Origin: Perna viridis
Lineage: Eukaryota
Length of the DNA: 64,000 bases
NCBI GenBank assembly: GCA_037379345.1
Contig: CM074512.1
Span: forward strand, 59,169,597 to 59,233,596
Direction: 5' to 3'
In this document: piece after piece, positions 37,790 to 52,379 of the stretch
Numbering within the stretch: position 1 is the first letter of the stretch
How the letters are laid out: the number at the start of each line of letters is the position of its first letter
Program-made: the position numbers and the translations under genes
Notes under the pieces: model-generated
Database searches by the model: none
Seen by the model: the letters and a program-made list of their open reading frames with translations, nothing else
What the model was told of the DNA's origin: nothing

Positions 37790-40495
37790 GAGAACATTGG
37801 AGGAGAACCTGTTTCTCCCATGAAATCTGTAGAAACTCCGATATGTAAAATGGTGGGTAAAACTCTTGTAGAAATTTAATCACCACCCAGTTGTTAGAAA
37901 GTCACATGCATTTTTAATCACCATCTTTGATTGGGAGAAAACCCTGTAATCCATGAACAGTTTTACTTCAATTTCTGACATGCAAAACCCAGATGTGTGA
38001 AAATTAACACAAACTAAAAGTCTAAAAGAGATTTGCCTCCCAGACTGTGCATCATATAATTTGTTGCATCTTGAATGTAAAATCAATGACAAAAAGCACT
38101 TCATTTAAATAGCAATAAACTGGCAGTGAATCCTTACTATATTTCTTTTCTAGATTGCTTTTAATTGGTTATGAGAAAATGATGAGCAATAATTATACTA
38201 AACAGGAAAGTAGGCCCACTGAAAACTGAATTATTCAAGCCAGGTAGAATACAAGTACTATATATTTCAATGAAATTCATGCCAGGAAATGAACAAATGG
38301 GCAAAAAACAATCCTTTAAATGATCTAACATGATCTGCACAATGTAATCTATCTTGAAAATGATCTGGAAAAAAAAATAAAATAAAATAAACAGAAAACT
38401 TTTATTTCAAATAAAATGAACAAGCTCATATAGCAAATGAACAATGGAGGTGTTTTCTTCTTATCAGTATGATGCAACATTAAACTGTGGGAGAATAACC
38501 AATAGTCTTTACAACTGCAAAACAGCAAAGTAAACCATGTACAAATGTATTCTGCTCTATATAGACAAAGAAATGTATAAAAACAAAACTTAAAAGGAGC
38601 AAAAAACAAAAAAATCATACCTCATTGCAAAGTTCATTTGAGACACAAAGGGGCCAAGTGGTTCCCTAAAAGTGTCCAGCTTTCTAGGAAAGCTAAAAGA
38701 ATTCAATTTTCTAACATGAAACTTCCTGGTGACAGGAATAAGCCTAAATTGTCCAAACAATGCCATTTTTCTGACATCTAAAAACTTAAATTGTTTCAAT
38801 GATTACTTTTCCAGTCAAACTATTAATCCCAAAGGTGTAGGTTCTGACGGAGTTTGAACTTTTCCCTAGAAAACTAGGATATATATATATATACATTGTT
38901 CTGAGTTTGGTAGATTCCCAGAAGTAGATATTATAGAAGAAAAATATCAATGCAGACATTTCGTAATGTATAACTTGCCACATTTTGTCAGCTTGTTTGT
39001 CGATTAGCAGCTATTTATGCATCAGAATAATTTGTCTTAAAATAAACAACACTTTGAAAAATAGATCTCTGTGTAAAAAGATAAGCAGACCATCAATATG
39101 CTTAGTTGACCAAGTATTCAATAGTTTTTTTGCAAGTAGAAAGAAATCTAAAACAGAACATAATTTTCGAGTCTCCAACATCACCACAGTAGCTAAATAT
39201 ATAATGATCTATCTCTTCTACAAACATATTGTTGACAAGTGAACCAGTAAATTGCTAAATTTCCTATATATTTCAGAATGTATGGATAAAAGGTGTAAAA
39301 TCATTGAAATGAAAATGAAGCAATTTTGTACCTGATGCAACACAATAGCAAAAAGTACTCAAGTTCAATGGCTACCTATTTCATCAGTTAGAAATTCAGG
39401 AAACTCAAAAGACTTAATCTCTGATAGCAATCAACAACCACTTTACAGCTAGGAGTGTATCATTAGAAACTCTTGTTCCCTGCATGTCCCATTCAATATG
39501 ACATAATGTTCACAAAAACTGTGATAATTACCTATCTCTTGATTGGAAACCTGTGAATGTCAAAGGAAGAGATCTAAAGCCTACCCAGGAAACTTGTAAC
39601 AATGCTGATTACTAATGAACAAGTAATAATGGATAATTTAGATCAAAGTACAGATACAATCTGCATTTGGTTTTTATTTAAAAACTTGTAAAATTCTATC
39701 TTCAAAGTTCGTCTTCTTCACTTTATAATTCATTTGAGCAATTTACTCCTTTAAACTTTGATACTCTCTCAAAGAAATCTCATAAGAATTAACAGGAATC
39801 TCAATTACAGCATACTTTCTTACTACTGACAAAGTCTAAATATACACAAGAGGTGAAACAGATGTAGGTTAAAACTTAACTCTCTGGTTTTTCTAATATT
39901 AAGACTTTTAATAAATAAAAATTATTATAAATAAGCCTTAGATTAAACAAATACTATCTATAAAAAAAGATGGCCGACACAGTAAAATTTTATTCTTTTT
40001 ATTTCTAAGTTTCTACATTTCTTTCAAGAAAATAACATATGGCACGCAATTACAAAGTTTCGATACTTTTTTTTTTAACGCCACTAAATCATCAGTATTT
40101 GGCCAATCAGGAAACAGAATTGTGATCAGGTGACTTGCATTTCCATAGAAGAGCGTCCTTAAGGTCAAAGGGTAAAAAGCGAAACTATACCAACTGTGTC
40201 GGGAAAAAAAATCTACATAAGCATTAATAAAATTTGCCACATGAAAATACACTTAAGTGTTTCTTCATCATAGTCTTTGACCTAAAAAGTAAAGCACATC
40301 CCAAAAAATTAATTCTTTGCAGGGCGCATTTCAATAAGATACTCTGAAAAATTGGACAATTATAGACACAGCATAAGATACTGACTAAAAAAAGGTGATC
40401 GATTAACTTTTTAATTAGCAATTACATATTTATCCTATATGATTAATCTGTAAATATATGGGAATAAACATGTCAATTCACCAATCTTACAATAC

Positions 40496-40680
40496 CGGTG
40501 CACCTGGTCCATGTTCCCAGTTTTTAGTGGAGTCTGAGTTGCTCATTTGCTTTTGTTACTTTGTATGTATGATTTTAGTTACTTTATGTTCTTTATGTCT
40601 GTTTTCCATGTCTGGTCTTTGTCCCTGGATTACATTCTTTTGGTTACCGCTATAACCTTGGTTCCCTTGATTATTCTTTC
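40496..40680 (+). mobile_element. Probable Penelope-associated terminal-repeat/3' UTR fragment
   Basis: ccggtgcacctggtccatgttcccagtttttagtggagtctgagttgctca followed by a T-rich tract, resembling a common bivalve PLE-derived repeat (recognised from memory, not searched). Confidence 0.5.
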
Positions 40681-41800
40681 AAATAGTACCAGTACTTAAT
40701 TTTTGTAGGCTTTTTAAACAAATTAGTCCAAATCATTTTTTTTTTTTTAATAAAAAATCGAACCTTTTTTGGATCTTCAAAACAAATCCAATAGATTTCA
40801 TTGAGAACACACCAATACATGTACTTAATACTCGAGTTACTGCATGTGAATTAAATGTTTACATGGATGGTTACAATACAATGACATTACAGGTATGAAC
40901 ATTTTTATGGTTGTTTAAAAAAAGTTATCTCTACAATAACAGGTTTGTCAGTTCTTATTTTGGAAAAAAATTCTTTTTTTTTCAAAAGAAATTCCAATGC
41001 ATGCATAGGTCATCAAACTAAATAACAGCTTACCTACTTATAACAGTGAAAGAATAATAAACAGAAAATCCAAGTTAAGGTGCTAACACTACAGGGGTCT
41101 AAATGGCATCACCAATCTAGAGTCAACAATTTTATTTGTTTGATTTAGCATTAATCTGGCATGTTGATATGATATAAGTAAACACCTTGACCAGATAATA
41201 ACAAGTTGTTCTGTACCTTGTCAAACCTGATTTACACAGTAATCTGAGAAAGATTATTCCTTACTTATAAAAGGGGGATGTAGGTCCTTATGTAAACTAT
41301 CCTGGAACTCAACTCTATTGGTACAAACAATCTAAAATGCTCAATTTCCAAAAATATTACATGAAAAATATTCTTTTGGTTGAACTCTCACTGCAACTTT
41401 GCTATGGACATATCACTTTATTTTACATATATAAATTTTCTGTGATAGTGTTTGGTATGTTAACAGTAAGATCATTCAGGTTATATTAAAAATGTATTCA
41501 CTACAATGTAATAGTAAACTTCAATGGTACAACATAAACTAGTCATTTCATGTCAAACTTAGATCACTCAGCAAACCAAGGAGTTACTGAGAATTATAAA
41601 TTTTCCAAATTCAACAGTGACATACTCTTTTATGAGTCACCATGTTTTTTTTTCCATCAGAAAAATTAACAGTTTTCAGGCTATTTCGTTTTGATATTGG
41701 TAAAACACTTGTATCAAACAAATCTGAAATAAAACCCGAGATTGAAACAAACCTCTGGCTGTGTTGTTTTAAGGAGGATTACATACTTTGTAGATATCAT

Positions 41801-42045
41801 CAGGTGCATAGCTGAGGCCAAATTGAAGTGTAGGCAAAATTATGGCAGGGGGCCTGGGGCCGCTTAAGGCTCCCAGCAGGTCCAGGGGGGCAACCCCCCC
41901 CCCCCCCCCCGAAGCTCCGCGGAGATAGCGTTTTAAAGCATCATTTATGCCTCTCCTGGATGTATTTTATCTCAAAAAAAAAAAAAAAATTGGCAAAATT
42001 AAGTGCAGGCAAAAGCTTTTTTGCCTAAAGGCAGCTACGTGCCTG
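41801..42045. mobile_element. GC-rich MITE with 14-bp TIRs and a 5-bp TSD
   Basis: atcat|caggtgcatagctg ... cagctacgtgcctg|atcat, with an internal ggggcctggggccgcttaaggctcccag and poly-C. Confidence 0.8.
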
Positions 42046-43820
42046 ATCATAGCCTTTAAGATTCTAATAACATATAACAGAAAACCTATTTTTTTATGAA
42101 TACATTAAGGCCTTTGGTCCAGTATTACAGTTCAATAATATACTAATCAAAATCATACATGCACAATCATTACATCCCTTTGATGGTAGCTCAAATAGTG
42201 CCAGGGGTCGTCTACATAATACTCCATGAGATACATTGGTATGGTGTACTATCCAATGTTATAAATACATTATCATCCAATCAAATCAGGATAATATTTC
42301 ACCAAAATGTCATTCTTTTTGTTCCTATCCACATTGATATTTATCTGCTGAAGAAAATAACAAAGAAAGGCACCCCCATAGAAGGCTTGTTTGAAATGTG
42401 TGGCATCCACAAATCACCGTTAATTTTTTGACTGATATTTAGTACAAACATATTAACATTTAAAACATCCCTTCAGATCTTTTTCATGCATAATTGAGTT
42501 TAAAAATTGACGTGCAGCTTTTAAAGGTCCTTCTAGATTAATATGACTGCTTTGCAGACACATATATAAATATCACATAAAGTTTTTGTACATAAAGATT
42601 GTGATCAAATAAAATGTATAAAGACATGAATTCAATATAAAAAGGATAGAAGTTACATGTAAAACTCAGAAATATAAAATAAACCATTATCTCATAGCCT
42701 AACCTTTGGTCTCCTTTTTACTATAATAAAAGAGTAAAGAATTGTTTAGATGTATAACCTAAACTTTCCTTGATAAAAGTCAATGACAAAAATACGGATT
42801 GACAAAAACAGGGACATTTTTTTCCTGCTTTACTCTTTCTTTTCTTTCTACATGTGCTTTTGCTTTGAATGGCTTTGTCAGTTCATATTCAATGGTGGAT
42901 TACTGATTTCTTCAACAACTTATTTGTCATATCTATCTACTTACAATTGTAAAGCTCATGCTAATATATTCCACAGAAGAAAGTGAAACAAATATGTCTA
43001 AGACATGCTCCAGATGTCATTCCATATCCCCATGTATTTAATTCATACTCTCACATGTTCATTCCTTTCTTTACAATTTCATTCTATTTTTTTTCCCTTA
43101 TTTACTGATCCACCCTCGCATTATTTCTAGTATGTTACCACAATAAAATTACATTTTATTATGATATCGATAATCATATAAGTTTTATGATTAGGTCTTG
43201 TTTTTAGCTAATATGTATATAGATGAACAGAAAATTCAAATTGTCTGAACTCATTACTGAATCATTCATGCTGAAAAATAGTCTAGTTCTTTCACATTCC
43301 TGAATATTTGTACCATCATTCAGTGAAGCATTTTATATTTTCCTGACAACATTTATAATATTTATCACTTCCTTTAAAATAAATTCTGTTGAAATGAAAA
43401 CCATCCTTTAAAATTAACAGGATCCTATACCTTTAACCAACATTTTTTAAGATTAAAAAAAAAAACATAATGTATCTAATTTTTTCTATAATGAAAGCAA
43501 AAACATAACAAACGAGAAATTAGAGAAGTTTTCCTGTAAATACGGTTAACACTCCATTCATAAAATTAGTCATGTTCACACTCCTTAAAAATTTTATTTA
43601 AATCATGAACCCATGTGAATGGATTGATCTTGACATATATTAACTCCTTAAAAAAAAATCATGAATAAAAATTTACACTTAAATGCATTTTTAATCATAC
43701 ATGCAATAATATACATTCATTAAATTAGACATACATACACATGAAGTGATTTACAACTATTTTAATATATCATATTTAAAAGTACAACTTGTCAACAGAA
43801 AACATTGTCTAATGGCTTAC

Positions 43821-43900
43821 CTGTACACTTCTCTCTCCTTTATTCCAGAAAAATTCCACCAAAATTCCAGACTTCCTCATTAATCCTGTAGGTCCTTCAT
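43821..43900 (-). CDS. Candidate upstream 80-nt exon with an in-frame ATG (43880)
   Basis: tgtattttag|ATGAAGG...GTA CAG|gtaagc, purine-rich. Encodes (D)EGPTGLMRKSGILVEFFWNKGERSVQ and ends in phase 0, compatible with the downstream exons. Confidence 0.5.
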
Positions 43901-46900
43901 CTAAAATACAGAGAACTTAGAACTATTGACTAAGTTTAGATAATCCATGTAAACAAGACTGATAAAGAGGCAGTCAGCCTATCATAATCATTGAACTATG
44001 GGATATGATGTTATCAAATCAATGGGATTCTCCTGCAATATTTTCGTAGGTTTTGACAGGTGGCATTGTTAATTGAGTGAACTTGTGGAAACAGGACATT
44101 ATAGAACTTAATATTATAGAAAAGGTAAGTTATGTTAGTTAGATAGTAGCTTCCCTATCATAGAGAAACATCTTGTATAATGTAATTAAAACAGAGCATA
44201 GATGTAGGAGTTATACAGAGACACACTGAGGTACTTTTCGTTTATTATAAGCATAGTATATACACTAAATTTTACATTGATAAAGCAGGAACAAGGTGAA
44301 AAGATATTTTTCTTAAAATTTAATACAATGAGGTCTTAAAAGTTGTATATTAGTGGATCCCTAAGAAATGTATAGAAAAGTGAAAATTTTGACAGAATTT
44401 CTGACTCCTGACTCTCCCTCTAGCCCAAGAAAATAATAATTGATGTTCAGAATAAACATGATAAATTAAAAGATGATATATGCATTGTAATGGATGTGCT
44501 CTAGTTTAATACAGCTGTCACAATCAAATATTTTCTATTGTTTCTCAATATCAAAACATCAGTTTATTGAAAGGACTATATTTATACATTCTTAGTCTGT
44601 TGAAAAATCTTTGGACAAGACACATCAATTATCATTAACCCATTTCTGGTCAACAAAAGGAATATAAAATATCAATCTAAGTAAGACTTGACCAGTTAAT
44701 ACTGTTGGTAGATATGATTGTAGCTTACATGTAGGCAATATTTTTCATACTTCCAAGAAAATTGTTTTGAGTTACTGAAAATAAGTACTTCCCACAAAGG
44801 ATGATAAAATTGCTTAACACCGAGCATCAAATGACTGAACCATAAAAAAAATATTGAACCAGTATACCTGCCTACCATTGTAACATTTACAACAATTAAC
44901 ATATCTGAGCAAGATGGCTTGAAATGCTTCCATAAAAAATCCTGTTATAATGATAAAGAGAAATTACAGTAACAATTATCCTAGTTATGTAAAATCCTCT
45001 CTTTAGAGTTGAATAGTAAAAAAGAAAGTTATATGTAACAGTGGTGAGGAATCTCAGCAACCTGCCAATAAACACTGTACTCTTACCACTCAGATGTTTC
45101 CATCATTGAGGTTATTATTTTACTATACTCTTGTTTTATTCAACTGTGATTGACTAGGCAATATTTCTTAACCTGTCTAAAACACATCACCTTCCTTTTC
45201 AATGATGTTGTTTGAGAGCACATAATTAGGCAATAAAAACCCCAGAAACAAAACACTGATGATAAGAAAGCTTTAATACCTGTGAAATCAGCTGATATGA
45301 TATCAACAACTACCTGAAGTTTGAGTGATGGGGAATTAAAAGTAACAGGAAAGGAGAAAGTTAAATGATCCAAGATGGTAATCTACTTAGTAGTTGGAAT
45401 ATAGAAGTCATCAGTATATAGAGAACATGTCTATTGTGCTACATAACAGTGATGGACAGGAATTTTGTATCGCATGGTGCCTTACAACAAAACTTATTAC
45501 TGATAAACATCAATTAACAATGAAAATCAAGAAAAATAAAAACAAACTAAAACAAACAAAAACAAATAATTGTATATGGAAAGGTAACTAAGACACGCAC
45601 TGACCAAGATTTCTGATGGTCACGTCTCTCTTCTAAAGGTCACAAATTACCTATTAGCAAATTTTTGATTTTGAAATAATGATTCAGTCACACTAGTGAA
45701 AACTTAGGCGGATTTGAATTGTGATTTTGAAAATATATGATGGCTGAGTTAATAGTAGAGAGTTTTGTTTATTATGATACAGTATTATAGGAACCTAATA
45801 TTTCTCTCTAATACAACAACCAAAGCATTACACTTTCATTTAAATATCGTAAGATCTTTTGTGAAGCAATAAATCTTTTATAAATGGAAAAGTTTCAACA
45901 ATATCTTACAAAATAAATCTTGTGCAGCACTTAATGTATTCCAAAAAATAGAAACTGCACTTGGCTGACAAGATATAGTTAAATGCCTACTCAATATTCT
46001 TCCATACTTAGACATTTTCTCACTAAATATCAACATGATTTTATGACTTATGGAGTGACAAAATAGTAAGTGTTGAATCTATTTTTAACAGAGCTACCAT
46101 ATTTTTCTTTATCATTGATGACACTTCCAGATTCAGTTTGATAAAAGATATACCTAAATAGAGACAGGTACTAAGCTATGTGATATCTGAACAATTCTCA
46201 TATAAGATTTTTAAAAGCATCTAGACCCAAGATAGAAATACAGCATAACAGACTGTGTGTGCTCTTTTGCTTGACAAAAATTTTCTCCCCTAGGTGTTGG
46301 CTGATGAAACTGCCAAGTTTTGATAAGGACCAACAGATATCTAAGAACAATTGTTTCAGGTGACTACATTACACATTTTACTGTAAGAACTAATACAAGG
46401 AATGTTTAATCCAATGAGATCTTTTACTCTTAGACATTTTTTTCTTTTTTTTTTGACAAATGACTTATAATGACAAAAACCTACGGTTATTATCTAAAAG
46501 ATAGAATTTCTCCCAAGAGTAACACTGACTAATTCTTTCACATAATGATGATTGAAAACTCAAAGATTATTAGCAATTATCTGGAAAATTGACATAAATC
46601 AGACATATTAACTTTATCAATGAAATGACACAATTCATCAAGAACTAGTATATTAACTTTATCATCATCAGAAAAACAATGCAGGTATTAAAGCTGGAGT
46701 AAGAATGACTCATTAAAGTGGTTATGGCCATTATCTTACACCTGATTTCACTGACTTCCGACTATAGTAGCATGAACATTTGTCAAAGTTGCTATAAATG
46801 GTAAAAATGATCCTGTCTGTTCTTGCAATTGTTCCATTTATGTCATGTAATGAAGCTTTTCATGCCATTTTCTCTTTTTTTCTTCTTTCTTTGTCAATAT

Positions 46901-47016
46901 ATTCTATAGTAGTTGTTATATGATATTCCAAGTTCTGTTTGCCTGACAACATGTGCTAAAACAGCTCAAATCTCTTAGAAAATATAAATGGTTTTACTAT
47001 GTTTCCTATAGAGTTT

Positions 47017-47364
47017 CCCAAATGCTACCATCAACAATATATAATCCCAAACTCTACCATCAACAATATATAATCCCAAACGCTACCATCAACAATATAT
47101 AATCCCAAACGCTACCATCAACAATATATAATCCCAAACACAACCATCAACAATATATAATCCCAAACGCTACCATCAACAATATATAATCCCAAACTCT
47201 ACCATCAACAATATATAATCCCAAACGCAACCATCAACAATATATAATCCCAAACTCTATCATCAACAATATATAATCCCAAACGCAACCATCAACAATA
47301 TATAATCCCAAACGCTACCATCAACAATATATAATCCCAAACTCTACCATCAACAATATATAAT
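47017..47364. repeat. 29-bp minisatellite, about 12 copies
   Basis: Unit ctaccatcaacaatatataatcccaaac(g/t), head-to-tail with no spacers. Confidence 0.95.
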
Positions 47365-47930
47365 CTTTAAACAATTAAAAAACAAGTTCTGACATGAAAA
47401 AAACTTGTATTATGACAGTCATTAAACCTTTCACATTTACAAAATCAATCATGTTACTTATTGCTAGCAAGAGGTACATGTAGCTTTTCACATTTGAACT
47501 CATCATGCTATCATTATTAGCAAGCCACGTGCCAAGGTGTTATAGATGTCAGAAAATTTCCATATAAGTCTCTAACCACAATAATTCATACAATGACATA
47601 CTGTAAGCTCCTGTGCCAGTTTTGGAATGTGGTATTTACTGTTCACCAGTCAAATCATGTTTTAATTCATACTATTTTTGTCAATCAGCTGTCATAATTT
47701 CTTCTGTATTATATCATTGAAAATCATTATTCCACTTCTACAGATAAATTTGGACAAAAATGGCAGGATGAATGTTACAATACCCGTATTATTAACTAAT
47801 TGCTGGCCATAGTAAAATCATATGTAAATCTGAAAACATGCAGAATTTAGCAAATGAATTGATTCATTGGTATTCAGTTTGTTTGAAACATTATTACATA
47901 TTTATCAGCTTCCAAATAAAATTGTACACT

Positions 47931-48078
47931 AAAGGACAGATCCAGAAATTTTGAAAAGGGGTAGAGGTTCCAAAGGGTTCCAGAAAAAAAGGGTGTTTCC
48001 AGGCCAATATTTGCTCATTTTTGTCCTTATTTGCACCAAATTTAAAAAAATTTCCAATGAAAGGGAATCTGCCACTGA
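47931..48078. mobile_element. Decayed MITE remnant
   Basis: aaggacagatccagaaatttt...gggg at the left and ggaatctgccactg at the right resemble eroded CAGNGGCGGATCC-type TIRs. Confidence 0.4.
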
Positions 48079-50562
48079 CACTTATAAACATTCTTATCCT
48101 TTGTTTCTTTTTCTACTTGTGTTAAAAAAATAAATAGTGGTACTAGGATTTTCTAAAAAAAAAAATACGATGTTAGATCTAAGACCCTATGCTGGCCAGA
48201 TTCAGTCTATATATATTAAAGGACTTATACCATATTTCATTTCATAGGGAAAGAAAATAACAATGGTTATCTGGTTGGGTAAACTTCATCAGTATTAACT
48301 ATATAGCTGTCTATCATTACTATAATCAAACCAAGTTTGGTCACCAATTGTTCCTCTAGAGAGCTTATATTACGTCTACTCTTGTCCAATCTCATTTTGT
48401 CTTGACAAATATTGACCATTAGATTAGAGTACCAGTATAATATTTATCCCAGTCGTGTCTCTACTGTGTCAATAACGACACCACTCTAAGTTATCAAGTG
48501 TCTAATTTCATCACTTTTATTATCTTATAAGACCCACACTTTTCTTATACTGCAAAATTTATTTTGTGAATTTTTCCATATCTAAAATAACTAGTAACAA
48601 TTTTCGAAATTATTTATATGAAATATTCAATGTGAAATAGGAACAATTCAACACCAGAAGTCACTGTATCTTAAAAGTACTTCCTTTAACACTATTTTAG
48701 ATATGATATGAAGTACTCTAAGAAAGAAAAGTTTTACAATGACCATTGCTGCCAACAGATTGCTGACACAACATTATATTTGATAGGAAAAGTAAATAGA
48801 TGTTATTTATCAATCAGTTTCCTGAACTAGACTATCAGCTACCAGACATCCCTGTAGGCCATAACTCAACCTAAATACAACTCAAAGGGACATCATTCCA
48901 TTTCTTTTCTTATTCTACTGTCAGTATTGTTAATTAACTTTCTTTCAAAAACTTTATTGTTCTCAATATTATATAATAGAAAAAAATATGATGCTGGTGA
49001 ATACACTTGTAGGCCTTACAATAAAATACAGACATCTGATACAGAAATGACTGAATTATTTAGCAGAATGAGAAAAGTTCAATTGAACTTGAAAATGAAA
49101 CTATCATCCTTAATGTTAAAGCAGACCTTAAAACCTATTACTTTATTTCTTAGGGCCAATATATGATTTCCCAGAATTAACAGTCAATGATTTCAAATGC
49201 CAGCTAACAATACAAGATAATAAATACAGGAAAATTTGTAAAGGTCACTTTAAAGATCAAACATGTATGTACAAGTTTTTCTTCAAAGTGCAAAATACAA
49301 TCATAATAATATTACAATAAAAACAAAACATGAAGCAATTTGTCTTGTCAACAGCATGGACATCACAGGTTAACTATGATATGCAATAACATGACTTCCT
49401 CTGTGACAGATGTTACTATCCAGGTTACAATATGTTTTAATAAAGTTATACCCAAGTCTCCTTCATGTTTAAAGAACAACAATGAAGATGCTCATGTTGT
49501 CATGCTAAGTAAACTGCCACTCATTCCACAAAGTGAAATATGGGAAAGTCCAACAAAACAAGAAGTTGATATTGGACAGTTGATCCATAAACAACATTTT
49601 TAAATTAATCTGTTAAGTGGCAGCTCAGATTTTTGTGAGGAGAAGTTTTTATTCCATTCCATATGGTGAAAAAATTGGCTAAAAATTTGATACTGGATAG
49701 CAACCAAAATGAATTAAAATGTATGCACCATCTACATAAAACCACATGCCAAATTTAAAATAAATCCATCCATTGGGAGTCGAGGCAATTGTAATGAAAT
49801 TATGACTTCTTAAATGTGTTTTTGCAAGATTGTCAATGCTTTCAATTTTTTTTAATAAGTAACCGTTGTTTTTAATTCTTGAGGTTTAATAAACACCAAA
49901 GTGTTTCACAATTGTTTTTTTTTTTTTTTATAATTTTCAATGAAGTTTTTATGTCACATGCAGCTAGTCTAGATCTACAGTAGAAGTTTTAAGTTTAGTT
50001 TCTTAAAATGCCCCAAAACATGTATTGTCACTTAATTTCATTCTTTTTTTAATCGATGAATAATTCTTTGATGTAATATATTTCAATCTCTGTAAGTTGA
50101 AACCCTACATCAAATCAAGAATTTTTTTTCAATCAGAAAAAAAAATTCCTGAAATAAGTTAATATTTGAATTCTCATAACAAGGTTTCAGAAGTGACTAG
50201 GTTATCTACAACTTAATAACTCAATCATCAGATTCTGATAGCAAATTACAAATTTTATTGTTATTACTTCATGCCCAAAGTCAAAGCATTGGTTTGAACA
50301 AATAAGATAGAATGGATTGAGCTTGTATCCAGTGATCAGGCTGTAAGTCACACTAAAGGCTAAAACCTGATGCTTATAACAATCTGCTTTTATGGCTCTT
50401 TAATCTCAGCAGAAAATTATTTTACACCTTCCCGTAAAGCAGTAAACATGTCTTACATTAAACCAGACATATCTGGAACAATCACATAAACCTTGTTTCC
50501 ACATCATTCCTTCTATTGTCAAACCATGATTCACTTAACTGTATATCTTCACACTCCTGTAT

Positions 50563-50623
50563 CGCCTGAATATAGCTGAAATATTGCTGCTCGGGCAATA
50601 AACCCCAACAATCAATCAATCAA
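50563..50623 (+). mobile_element. ~61-bp retroposon 3' end with (CAAT)n tail and a 14-bp TSD
   Basis: cgcctgaatatagctgaaatattgctgctcgggcaataaaccccaacaatcaatcaatcaa, flanked by tcacactcctgtat at 50549-50562 and 50624-50637. Confidence 0.87.
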
Positions 50624-51496
50624 TCACACTCCTGTATACATCCTACCCATAACCTCTCACTAGGCATAAATTTCTTTGGAGAACTATACACCAATATGAT
50701 GGAAATATCTTTCATATTCTAAACAAGTGCTTATAAATTATGAGATTGGTAATCATTCTTCTAGCTTCAATTGAACTACCCTAATCCTGAGTAAAATGAC
50801 ATGTATAGTATTACATCTGAATATTCCTTGATAGTAATAGGATAATACTGGGTGTTAGTCTATAAGCAAATGAAAAAAATGAATATCACATTTTGCAATG
50901 AAATTTTTTTTAATTAACTAAGCATGGCCAATACATTATACTATTATAACAAAATGTCTGTATTACATAATCTAAGTGGCATTTAATGACAAAATGATAT
51001 CTTTGACTCCAGGAATTTGTGAGACACAAAGTGGTTTCACAACTGATGCAAAGAAACATACATCATCGAATAAATATTACAGACACAAAATAATCTCCAG
51101 AGGGCTAATATTTATTTGTGTATAAATCTTTTCATTATTTACAATTAGAATGAAATTTTCTGTCTACTATCAGTTTTCCATATTTGGAATACAATTTCAA
51201 TTCCCAATATTCCTTCAAGAAGCATTCAAATGCCATTTGGAGCCGAATGTCAAAACCAATAATATTGGATACAGACAGAGTTATCTCCCTTGGTGATTTA
51301 CCAACAGAAGTGATATGAGAAGATTATTGGTATTATCAAGCAAGAATTTTTTTCTGTAAATGAGAAAAGGATGCAGGTCTCTGAGAATAAAATCATGATA
51401 ACAGTATTAATAACCTATCCTTTTTACTGACTAATTTTCCAAAACAATTGTTTCATCAAAAATATTATAAAATGTTAGATTAGTATACCAGAAATA

Positions 51497-52379
51497 TATG
51501 TCTTAACCCTCCCTTTTTTTGCGGAAGTCTCCCATAATTTAACCTTTTGACCTGTAAAAATAAAGTCTCCCGTGCAGGAGGCATCAATCTCTCGTTTTCA
51601 AGAATTCCTCCCATAAAAACCTCCTGTAACTGAATTTATAAAATTTTCGTAAATTTTTGTACGCCATTTTTGTTTATGTCAACAACCGCTTTGTTGTCAA
51701 AATGCTTGAAACAGCTGATCAACATACAAGTCTCTCTAGAATTATCTTCATTCATATCGACAATTGTATGATTTACAAATTCGAATGGATAGTTATGTCA
51801 AGATTTTACAAACTTCGTGGCTGATCATTTTACTGACTTGGTGAAAAAAAAAAATTCCCTGACAATAAAATTGCACAGAAATTTTAATGTAAAAGGACTA
51901 AATGCACCCAAATCATAAAGCAGGTTATCGTACCAAGTCTTGAGGCTACAAACGTAAAGTGATTGAAAACTGTTAACAGAAACCATTCAGTATTTTATGT
52001 GATGAAAGCAATGGTAAGGGTGCCAAAAAGTTCTTTGCTACTCTTGTTCGCAATCTTAAAGATGGAAGCAGGTCCATCAAAACCAGATTCACTGACACGC
52101 CAGTGATGAACTTTGGAACAGGGCAAAATCTGTTTTATGACATACCAAGCATCACTTCTGTTAATACATGTATAATTCATTTTGTTGATTCATTTGTATA
52201 TATCATGTATTTATGGTTTTGAAAAAAAAAAAATATTTGAAACCCTCTGTTTTATTTAATTTATAACATTACAAAATATGTTGATAATGTTGTCACGCAA
52301 AATCTCCCGCAATTTTATGATGAATTGCAAGAGATCTCCCACAATTAAGTTTGACTAGGTTAACAGGTTAACAGGTATG
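51497..52379. mobile_element. Non-autonomous DNA transposon of the CATACCTG-TIR type (left end eroded)
   Basis: Right end ggttaacaggtatg. Repeated tctccc subterminal motifs at both ends, and left end ttaaccctccc. Confidence 0.55.

Noticed and set aside
47017-47364. CRISPR-like 29-bp repeats
   Set aside because: Units are head-to-tail with no unique spacers, there are no cas genes, and the context is eukaryotic.
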